Positions 49,101-61,100 of a stretch of 64,000 nt of DNA are shown piece by piece; position 1 is the first letter of the stretch, and each line of letters opens with the position of its first letter. The translations under genes were made by a program, and so were the position numbers. The notes under the pieces were generated by a model, which saw nothing but the letters and a program-made list of their open reading frames with translations, was not told the origin of the DNA and made no database searches. The stretch lies in the NCBI GenBank assembly GCA_964016885.1, contig OZ024742.1, positions 374,852,001 through 374,916,000 of the forward strand, given 5' to 3'. Source of the DNA: Eledone cirrhosa. Its lineage: Eukaryota.

Positions 49101-52100
49101 GTGGTAGGGGCATTGATAGTGTCTGGTGACCTTACAGGATGGTAGGGGTATTGATAGTGTCTGGTGACCTTACAGGATGGTAGGGGTATTGACAGTGTAT
49201 GGTGACCCTACAGGGTGGTAGGGGTATTGACAGTGTCTGGTAACCTTACATGGTGGTAGGGATATTGACAGTGTATGGTGACCTTACAGGGTGGTAGGGG
49301 TATTGACAGTGTATCGTGACCTTACAGGGTGGTAGGTGTATTCACAGTGTATGGTGACCTTACAGGGTGGTAGGGGCATTGACAGTGTCTGATGACCTTA
49401 CAGGGTGGTAGGGGTATTGACAGTGTCTGGTGACCCTACATGGGCGATAGGGGCATTGACAGTGTATGGTGAACCTATAGGGTGGTAGGGGCATTGACAG
49501 TGTATGGGGAACTTACAGGGTGGTAGGTGTATTGACAGTGTATGGTGACCCTACAGGGTGCTAGGGGCATTGACAGTGTATGGTGAACCTATAGGGTGGT
49601 AGGGGCATTGACAGTGTATGGGGACCTTACAGGGTGGTAGGAGTATTGACAGTGTCGGTGACCTTACAGGGTGGTAGGGGTATTGACAGTGTATGGTGAC
49701 CTTACAGGGTGGTAGGGGCATTGACAGTGTATGGTGACCTTACAGGGTGGTAGGGGTATTGAAAGTGTATGGTGACCTTACAGGGTGCTAGGGGTATTGA
49801 CAGTGTATGTTGACCTTACAGGGTGGTAGGGGTATTGACAGTGTCTGGTGACCTTACAGGGTGGTAGGGGTATTGACAGAGTCTGGTGACCTTACAGGGT
49901 GGTAGGGGTATTGACAGAGTCTGGTGACCCTACAGGGTGGTAGGGGTGTTGACAGTGTCTGGTGACCTTACAGGGTGGTAGGGGTATTGACAGTGTATGG
50001 TGACCCTACAGGGTGGTCGGGGTATTGACAGTGTATCGTGACCTTACAGGGTGGTAGGGGTATTGACAGTGTATGGTGACTTTACAGGGTGGTAGGGGCA
50101 TTGACAGTGTCTGGTGACCTTACAGTGTGGTAGGGGCATTGACAGTGTCTGGTGACCTTACAGGGTGGTAGGGGTATTGACAGTGTCTGGTGACCTTACA
50201 GGGTGGTAGGGGCATTGACAGTGTATGGTGACCTTACAGGGTGGTAGGGGCATTGACAGTGTCTAGTGACGCTACAGGGCGGTAGGGGCATGGAGAGTGT
50301 ATTGTGACCTTGCAGGGTGGTAGGGATATTGACAGTGTATGGTGACCCTACAGGGTGGTAGGGGCATTGACAGTGTAAGGTGACCCTACAGGGTGGTAGG
50401 GGAATTGACAGTGTATGGTGACCCTACAGGGTGGTAGGGGTATTGACAGTGTATGGTGACCCTACAGGGTGGTAGGGGCATTGATAGTGTCTGGTGACCT
50501 TACAGGATGGTAGGGGTATTGATAGTGTCTGGTGACCTTACAGGATGGTAGGGGTATTGATAGTGTCTGCTGACCTTGCAGGGTGGTAGGTGTATTGACA
50601 GTGTCTGGTGACCTTACAGGGTGGTAGGGGTATTGACAGTGTCTGGTGACCCTACAGGGTAGTAGGGGTATTGACAGTGTCTGGTGACCTTGCAGGGTGG
50701 TAGGGGTATTGACAGTGTCTGGTGACCCTATAGGGTGGTAGGGGCAATGACAGTGTCTGGTGACCTTACAGGGTGGTAGGGGTATTGACAGTGTCTGGTG
50801 ACCCTACAGGGTGGTAGGGGTATTGACAGTGTATGGTGACCCTACAGGGTGGTAGGGATATTGACAGTGTATGGTGACCTTACAGTGTGGTAGGGTTATT
50901 GACTGGGTCTGGTGACCTTACAGGGTGGTAGGGGTATTGACAGTGTATGGTGATCCTACAGGGTGGTAGGGGTATTGACAGTGTATGGTGACCCTACAGG
51001 GTGGTAGGGGCATTGATAGTGTCTGGTGACCTTACAGGATGGTAGGGGTATTGATAGTGTCTGGTGACCTTACAGGATGGTAGGGGTATTGACAGTGTAT
51101 GGTGACCCTACAGGGTGGTAGGGGTATTGACAGTGTCTGGTAACCTTACATGGTGGTAGGGATATTGACAGTGTATGGTGACCTTACAGGGTGGTAGGGG
51201 TATTGACAGTGTATCGTGACCTTACAGGGTGGTAGGTGTATTCACAGTGTATGGTGACCTTACAGGGTGGTAGGGGCATTGACAGTGTCTGATGACCTTA
51301 CAGGGTGGTAGGGGTATTGACAGTGTCTGGTGACCCTACATGGGCGATAGGGGCATTGACAGTGTATGGTGAACCTATAGGGTGGTAGGGGCATTGACAG
51401 TGTATGGGGAACTTACAGGGTGGTAGGTGTATTGACAGTGTATGGTGACCCTACAGGGTGCTAGGGGCATTGACAGTGTATGGTGAACCTATAGGGTGGT
51501 AGGGGCATTGACAGTGTATGGGGACCTTACAGGGTGGTAGGAGTATTGACAGTGTCGGTGACCTTACAGGGTGGTAGGGGTATTGACAGTGTATGGTGAC
51601 CTTACAGGGTGGTAGGGGCATTGACAGTGTATGGTGACCTTACAGGGTGGTAGGGGTATTGAAAGTGTATGGTGACCTTACAGGGTGCTAGGGGTATTGA
51701 CAGTGTATGTTGACCTTACAGGGTGGTAGGGGTATTGACAGTGTCTGGTGACCTTACAGGGTGGTAGGGGTATTGACAGAGTCTGGTGACCTTACAGGGT
51801 GGTAGGGGTATTGACAGAGTCTGGTGACCCTACAGGGTGGTAGGGGTGTTGACAGTGTCTGGTGACCTTACAGGGTGGTAGGGGTATTGACAGTGTATGG
51901 TGACCCTACAGGGTGGTCGGGGTATTGACAGTGTATCGTGACCTTACAGGGTGGTAGGGGTATTGACAGTGTATGGTGACCTTACAGGGTGGTAGGGGCA
52001 TTGACAGTGTCTGGTGACCTTACAGTGTGGTAGGGGCATTGACAGTGTCTGGTGACCTTACAGGGTGGTAGGGGTATTGACAGTGTCTGGTGACCTTACA

Positions 52101-55100
52101 GGGTGGTAGGGGCATTGACAGTGTATGGTGACCTTACAGGGTGGTAGGGGCATTGACAGTGTCTAGTGACGCTACAGGGCGGTAGGGGCATGGAGAGTGT
52201 ATTGTGACCTTGCAGGGTGGTAGGGATATTGACAGTGTATGGTGACCCTACAGGGTGGTAGGGGCATTGACAGTGTAAGGTGACCCTACAGGGTGGTAGG
52301 GGAATTGACAGTGTATGGTGACCCTACAGGGTGGTAGGGGGATTGACAGTGTATGGTGACCCTACAGGGTGGTAGGGGCATTGATAGTGTCTGGTGACCT
52401 TACAGGATGGTAGGGGTATTGATAGTGTCTGGTGACCTTACAGGATGGTAGGGGTATTGATAGTGTCTGCTGACCTTGCAGGGTGGTAGGTGTATTGACA
52501 GTGTCTGGTGACCTTACAGGGTGGTAGGGGCATTGACAGTGTCTGGTAACCTTACATGGTGGTAGGGGTATTGACAGTGTATCGTGACCTTACAGGGTGG
52601 TAGGGGTATTGACAGTGTATGGTGACCTTACAGAGTGGTAGGGGCATTGACAGTGTCTGATGACCTTACAGGGTGGTAGGGGTATTGACAGTGTCAGGTG
52701 ACCCTACATGGGCGGTAGGGGCATTGACAGTGTATGGTGACCTTACAGGGTGGTAGGTGTATTGACAGTGTATGGTGGCCCTACAGGGTGCTAGGGGCAT
52801 TGCCAGTGTATGGTGAACCTATAGGGTGGTAGGGGCATTGACAGTGTATGGGGATCTTACAGGGTGGTAGGAGTATTGACAGTGTCGTTGACCTTACAGG
52901 GTGGTAGGGGTATTGACAGTGTATGGTGACCTTACAGGGTGGTAGGGGCATTGACAGTGTATGGTGACCTTACAGGGTGGTAGGGGTGTTGAAAGTGTAT
53001 GGTGACCTTACAGGGTGGTAGGGGTATTGACAGTGTATGGTGACCTTACAGGGTGGTAGGTGTATTGACAGTGTCTGGTGACCTTACAGGGTGGTAGGGG
53101 TATTGCCAGAGTCTGGTGACCTTACAGGGTGGTAGGGGTATTGACAGTGTATGGTGACCTTACAGGGTGGTAGGGCTATTGACAGTGTATCGTGACCTTA
53201 CAGGGTGGTAGGGGTATTGACAGTGTATGGTGACCTTACAGGGTGGTAGGGGCATTGACAGTGTCTGGTGACCTTACAGTGTGGTAGGGGCATTGACAGT
53301 GTCTGGTGAACTTACAGGGTGGTAGGGGTATTGACAGTGTCTAGTGACTTTACAGGGTGGTAGGGGCATTGACAGTGTATGGTGACCTTACAGGGTGGTA
53401 GGGGCATTGACAGTGTCTGGTGACCTTACATTGTGGTAGGGGCATTGACAGTGTCTGGTGAACTTACAGGGTGGTAGGGCTATTGACAGTGTATCGTGAC
53501 CTTACAGGGTGGTAGGGGTATTGACAGTGTATGGTGACCTTACAGGGTGGTAGGGCTATTGACAGTGTATCGTGACCTTACAGGGTGGTAGGGGTATTGA
53601 CAGTGTATGGTGACCTTACAGGGTGGTAGGGGCATTGACAGTGTCTGGTGACCTTACAGTGTGGTAGGGGCATTGACAGTGTCTGGTGAACTTACAGGGT
53701 GGTAGGGGTATTGACAGTGTCTGGTGACCTTACATGGTGGTAGGGGCATTGACAGTGTATGGTGACCTTACAGGGTGGTAGGGGCATTGACAGTGTATGG
53801 TGACATTACAGGGTGGTATGGGTATTGACAGTGTCTGGTGACCTTACAGGGTGGTAGGGGCATTGACAGTGTATGGTGACCTTACAGGGTGGTAGGGGTA
53901 TTGACAGTGTATGGTGACCTTACAGGGTGGTAGGGGTATTGACAGTGTATGGTGACCTTACAGGTTGGTAGGGGTATTGACAGTGTCTGGTGACCTTACA
54001 GGGTGGTAGTGTTATTGACAGAGTCTGATGACCTTACAGGGTGGTAGGGTTATTGACAGTGTATGGTGACCTTACAGGGTGGTAGGGGTATTGACAGTGT
54101 ATCGTGACCTTACAGGGTGGTAGGGGTATTGACAGTGTATGGTGACCTTACAGGGTGGTAGGGGCATTGACAGTGTCTGGTGACCTTACAGTGTGGTAGG
54201 GGCATTGACAGTGTCTGGTGACCTTACAGGGTGGTAGGGGTATTGACAGTGTCTGGTGACCTTACAGGGTGGTAGGGGCATTGACAGTGTATGGTGACCT
54301 TACAGGGTGGTAGGGGCATTGACAGTGTACGGTGACATTACAGGGTGGTATGGGTATTGACAGTGTCTGGTGACCTTACAGGGTGGTAGGGGTGTTGACA
54401 GTGTCTGGTGACCTTACAGGGTGGTAGGGGCATTGAGAGTGTCTGGTAACCTTACAGGGTGGTAGTGGCATTGACAGTGTCTGGTGACCTTACAGGGTGG
54501 TAGGGGTATTGACAGTGTATGGTGACCTTACAGGGTCCTAGGGGTATTGACAGTGTCTGGTGACCCTATAGGGTGGTAGGGGCATTGACAGTGTCTGGTG
54601 ACCTTACATGGTGGTAGGGGTATTGACAGTGACTGGTGACCCTACAGGGTGGTAGGGACATTGACAGTGTATGGTGACCTTACAGTGTGGTATTGTTATT
54701 GACTGGGTCTGGTGACCTTACAGGGTGGTAGGGGCATTGACAGTGTCTAGTGACGCTACAGGGCGGTAGGGGCATGGAGAGTGTATTGTGACCTTGCAGG
54801 GTGGTAGGGATATTGACAGTGTATGGTGACGTTACAGGGTGGTAGGGGCATTGACAGTGTAAGGTGACCCTACAGGGTGGTAGGGGAATTGAGAGTGTAT
54901 GGTGACCCTACAGGGTGGTAGGGGTATTGACAGTGTATGGTGACACTACAGGGTGGTAGGGGCATTGATAGTGTCTGGTGACCTTACAGGATGGTAGGGG
55001 TATTGATAGTGTCTGGTGACCTTACAGGATGTTAGGGGTATTGATAGTGTCTGCTGACCTTACAGGATGGTAGGGGTATTGACAGTGTATGGTGACCCTA

Positions 55101-58100
55101 CAGGGTGGTAGGGGTATTGACAGTGTCTGGTGACCTTACATGGTGGTAGGGGCATTGACAGTGTCTGGTAACCTTACATGGTGGTAGGGTTATTGACAGT
55201 GTATGGTGACCTTACAGGGTGGTAGGGGTATTGACAGTGTATCGTGACCTTACAGGGTGGTAGGGGTATTGACAGTGTCTGGTGACCTTACAGGGTGGTA
55301 GGGGCATTGACAGTGTCTGATGACCTTACAGGGTGGTAGGGGTATTGACAGTGTCTGGTGACCCTACATGGGCGGTAGGGGCATTGACAGTGTATGGTGA
55401 CCTTACAGGGTGGTAGGTGTATTGACAGTGTATGGTGACCCTACAGGGTGCTAGGGGCATTGACAGTGTATGGTGAACCTATAGGGTGGTAGGGGCATTG
55501 ACAGTGTATGGAGACCTTACAGGGTGGTAGGAGTATTGACAGTGTCGGTGAAATTACAGGGTGGTAGGGGTATTGACAGTGTATGGTGACCTTACAGGGT
55601 GGTAGGGGCATTGACAGTGTATGGTGACCTTACAGGGTGGTAGGGGTATTGAAAGTGTATGGTGACCTTACAGGGTGCTAGGGGTATTGACAGTGTATGG
55701 TGACCTTACAGGGTGGTAGGGGTATTGACAGTGTCGGTGACCCTACAGGGTGGTAGGGGTATTGACAGTGTATGGTGACCCTACAGGGTGGTAGGGGCAT
55801 TGACAGTGTATGGTGGCCCTACAGGGTGGTAGGGGTATTGACAGTGTCTGGTGACCCTATAGGGTGGTAGGGGCATTGACAGTGTCTGGTGACCTTACAG
55901 GGTGGTAGGGGTATTGACAGTGTCTGGTGACCCTACAGGGTGGTAGGGTTATTGACAGTGTCTGGTGACCTTACAGGGTGGTAGGGGAATTGGCAGTGTC
56001 TAGTGACGCTACAGGGCGGTAGGGGCATTGACAGTGTATTGTGACCTTGCAGGGTGGTAGGGATATTGACAGTGTATGGTGACCCTACAGGGTGTTAGGG
56101 GCATTGACAGTGTAAGGTGACCCTACAGGGTGGTAGGGGAATTGACAGTGTATGGTGACCCTACAGGGTGGTAGGGGTATTGACAGTGTATGGTGACCCT
56201 ACAGGGTGGTAGGGGTATTGACAGTGTATGGTGACCCTACAGTGTGGTAGGGGTATTGACAGTGTCTCGTGACCTTACAGGGTGGTAGGGGTATTGACAG
56301 TGTATGGTGACCCTACAGGGTGGTTGGGGTATTGACAGTGTATGGTGAACCTACAGGGTGGTAGAGGAATTGACAGTGTATGGTGACCCTACGGGGTGGT
56401 AGGGTTATTGACAGTGTCTGGTGACCCTATCGAGTGTTAAGGGCATTGACAGTGTATGGTGCCCTTACAGGTAGGCAGGGGCATTGACAGTGTCTGGTGA
56501 ACTTACAGTGTGGTAGGGGCATTGACAATGTCTGGTGACATTACAGGGTTGTAGGGGCATTGACAGTGTCAGGTGACCTTACAGGGTGGTAGGAGTATTG
56601 ACAGTGTATGGTGAGCTTACAGGGTGGTAGAGGCATTGACAGTGTATGGTGAGCTTACAGGGTGGTAGAGGCATTGACAGTGTCTGGTGACCTTACAGGG
56701 TGGTAGGGGCATTGACAGTGTCTGGTGACCTTACAGAGTGGTAGGGGCATTGACATTTTCTGGTGACCTTACAGGGTGGTAGGGGCATTGACAGTGTGTG
56801 GTGACCCTACAGGGTGTTGGGGGCATTGAGAGTGTCTGGTGACCTTACAGGGTGGTAGGGGTCTTGACAGTGTCTGGTGAACTTACAGGGTGGTAGGGGT
56901 ATTGACAGTGTCTGGTGACCTTACAGGGTGGTAGGGGTATTGACAGTGTATGGTGACCTTAAAGTGTGGTAGGGGCATTGACAGTGTCTGGTGACCTTAC
57001 AGGGTGGTAGGGGTGTTGACAGTGTCTGATGACCTTACAGGGTGGTAGGGGTATTGACAGTGTCTGGTGACGTTACAGGGTGGTAGGGGTATTGACAGTG
57101 TTTGGTGACGTTACAGGGTGGTAGGTGAATTGACAGTGTATGGTGATCTTACAGGGTGGTAGGGGCATTGAGAGTGTCTGTTGACCCTACAGGGTGGTAG
57201 GGGTATTGACAGTGTATGGTGACGCTACAGGGTGGTAGGGGTATTGACAGTGTATGGTGAACTTACAGGGTGGTAGGGGTATTGACAGTGTATGGTGATC
57301 CTACAGGGTGGTAGGGGTATTGACAGTGTCTGGTGACCTTACAGGGTGGTAGGGGCATTGACAGTGTCTGGTGATCTTACAGGGTGGTAGGGGCATTGAC
57401 AGTGTATGGTGACACTATAGGGTGGTAGGGGCATTGACAATGTATGGGGACCTTACAGGGTGGTATGAGTATTGACAGTGTCGGTGACCTTACAGGGTGG
57501 TAGGGGTATTGACAGTGTATGGTGACCTTACAGGGTGGTAGGGGTATTGAAAGTGTATGGTGACCTTACAGGGTGGTTGGGGTATTGACAGTGTATGGTG
57601 ACCTTACAGGGTGGTAGGGGCATTGACAGTGTATGGTGACCTTACAGGGTGGTAGGGGTATTGAAAGTGTATGGTGACCTTACAGGGTGCTATGGGTATT
57701 GACAGTGTATGGTGACCTTACAGGGTGGTAGGGGTATTGACAGTGTCTGGTGACCTTACAGGGTGGTAGGGGTATTGACAGAGTCTGGTGACCTTACAGG
57801 GTGGTAGGGGTATTGACAGTGTATGGTGACCTTACAGGGTGGTAGGGGTATTGACAGTGTATGGTGACCTTACAGGGTGGTAGGGGTATTGACAGTGTAT
57901 GGTGACCTTACAGGGTGGTAGGGGCATTGACAGTGTCTGGTGACCTTACAGTGTGGTAGGGGCATTGACAGTGTCTGGTGACCTTACAGGGTGGCAGGGG
58001 TATTGACAGTGTCTGGTGACCTTACAGGGTGGTAGGGGCATTGACAGTGTATGGTGACCTTACAGGGTGGTAGGGGCATTGACAGTGTATGGTGACATTA

Positions 58101-61100
58101 CAGGGTGGTATGGGTATTGACAGTGTCTGGTGACCTTACAGGGTGGTAGGGGTATTGACAGTGTCTGGTGACCTTACAGGGTGGTAGGGGCATTGACAGT
58201 GTTTGGTAACCTTACATGGTGGTAGGGTTATTGACAGTGTATGGTGACCTTACAGGGTGGTAGGGGTATTGACAGTGTATCGTGACCTTACAGTGTGGTA
58301 GGGGTATTGACAGTGTATGGTGACCTTACAGGGTGGTAGGGGAATTGACAGTGTATGGTGACCCTACAGGGTGGTAGGGGTATTGACAGTGTATGGTGAC
58401 CTTACAGGGTGGTAGGGGAATTGACAGTGTATGGTGACCTTACAGGGTGGTAGGGGTATTGACAGTGTATGGTGACCTTACAGGGTGGTAGGGGAATTGA
58501 CAGTGTATGGTGACCCTACAGGGTGGTAGGGGTATTGACAGTGTATGGTGACCTTACAGAGTGGTAGGGGAATTGACAGTGTATGGTGACCCTACAGGGT
58601 GGTAGGGGTATTGACAGTGTATGGTGACCTTACAGGGTGGTAGGGGTATTGACAGTGTATGGTGACCTTACAGGGTGGTAGGGGAATTGACAGTGTATGG
58701 TGACCCTACAGGGTGGTAGGGGTATTGACAATGTATGGTGACCCTACAGGGTGGTAGGGGCATTGACAGTGTATGGTGGCCCTACAGGGTGGTAGGGGTA
58801 TTGACAGTGTCTGGTGACCCTATAGGGTGGTAGGGGCATTGACAGTGTCTGGTGACCTTACAGGGTGGTAGGGGTATTGACAGTGTCTGGTGACCCTACA
58901 GGGTGGTAGGGACATTGACAGTGTCTAGTGACGCTACAGGGCGGTAGGGGCATTGACAGTGTATTGTGACCTTGCAGGGTGGTAGGGATATTGACAGTGT
59001 ATGGTGACCCTACAGGGTGGTAGGGGCATTGACAGTGTAAGGTGACCCTACAGGGTGGTAGGGGAATTGACAGTGTATGGTGACCCTAAAGGGTGGTAGG
59101 GGTATTGACAGAGTCTGGTGGCCCTATAGTGTGGTAGGGGTATAGACAGTGTCTGGTGATCTTACAGGGTGGTAGGGGCATTGACAGTGTATGGTGACCC
59201 TACAGGATGGTAGGGGTATTGATAGTGTCTGGTGACCTTACAGAATGGTAGGGGCATTGACAGTGTCTGGTGACCTTACAGGGTGGCAGGGTTATTGACA
59301 GTGTCTGGTGACCTTACAGGGTGGTAGGGGTGTTGACAGTGTCTGGTGACATTACAGGGTGGTAGGGGCATTGAGAGTGTCTGGTAACCTTACAGGGTGG
59401 TAGTGGCATTGACAGTGTCTGGTGACCTTACAGGGTGGTAGGGGTATTGACAGAGTATGGTGAGCTTACAGGGTGCTAGGGGTGTTGACAGTGTCTGGTG
59501 ACCTTACAGGGTGGTAGGGGTATTGACAGTGTCTGGTGACCATACAGGGTAGTAGGGGTATTGACAGTGTCTGGTGACCTTGCAGGGTGGTAGGGGTATT
59601 GACAGTGTCTGGTGACCCTATAGGGTGGTAGGGGCAATGACAGTGTCTGGTGACCTTACAGGGTGGTAGGGGTATTGACAGTGTCTGGTGACCCTACAGG
59701 GTGGTAGGGACATTGACAGTGTATGGTGACCTTACAGTGTGGTAGGGTTATTGACTGGGTCTGGTGACCTTACAGGGTGGTAGGGGTATTGACAGTGTCT
59801 GGTGACCTTACAGGGTGGTAGGGGCATTGACAGTGTATGGTGACATTACAGGGAGGTAGGGGCATTGATAGTGTCTGGTGACCTTACAGGATGGTAGGGG
59901 TATTGATAGTGTCTGCTGACCTTACATGATGGTAGGGGTATTGACAGTGTATGGTGAACCTACAGGGTGGTAGGGGTATTGACAGTGTCTGGTAACCTTA
60001 CATGGTGGTAGGGTTATTGACAGTGTATGGTGACCTTACAGGTTGGTAGGGGTATTGACAGTGTCTGGTGACCTTACAGGGTGGTAGGGGCATTGACAGT
60101 GTCTAGTGACGCTACAGGGCGGTAGGGGCATTGACAGTGTATGGTGACCTTACAGTGTGGTAGGGTTATTGACTGGGTCTGGTGACCTTACAGGGTGGTA
60201 GGGGTATTGACAGTGTATGGTGATCCTACAGGGTGGTAGGGGTATTGACAGTGTATCGTGACCTTACAGCGTGGTAGGTGTATTGACAGTGTATGGTGAC
60301 CTTACAGGGTGGTAGGGGCATTGACAGTGTCTGGTAACCTTACATGGTGGTAGGGTTATTGACAGTGTATGGTGACCTTACAGGGTGGTAGGGGGTATTG
60401 ACAGTGTATCGTGACCTTACAGGGTGGTAGGTGTATTGACAGTGTATGGTGACCTTACAGGGTGGTAGGGGCATTGACAGTGTCTGATGACCTTACAGGG
60501 TGGTAGGGGTATTGACAGTGTCTGGTGACCCTACATGGGCGGTAGGGGCATTGACAGTGTATGGTGACCTTACAGGGAGGTAGGTGTATTGACAGTGTAT
60601 GGTGACCCTACAGGGTGCTAGGGGCATTGACAGAGTATGGTGAACCTATAGGGTGGTAGGGGCATTGACAGTGTATGGGGACCTTACAGGGTGGTAGGAG
60701 TATTGACAGTGTCGGTGACCTTACAGGGTGGTAGGGGTATTGACAGTGTATGGTGACCTTACAGGGTGGTAGGGGCATTGACAGTGTATGGTGACCTTAC
60801 AATGTGGTAGGGGTATTGAAAGTGTATTGTGACCTTACAGGGTGCTAGGGGTATTGACAGTGTATGTTGACCTTACAGGGTGGTAGGGGTATTGACAGTG
60901 TCTGGTGACCTTACAGGGTGGTAGGGGTATTGACAGAGTCTGGTGACCTTACAGGGTGGTAGGGCTATTGACAGTGTATGGTGATCCTACAGGGTGGTAG
61001 GGGTATTGACAGTGTCTGGTGACCTTACAGGGTGGTAGGGGCATTGACAGTGTCTGGTGATCTTACAGGGAGGTAGGGGTATTGACAGTGTCTGGTGACC

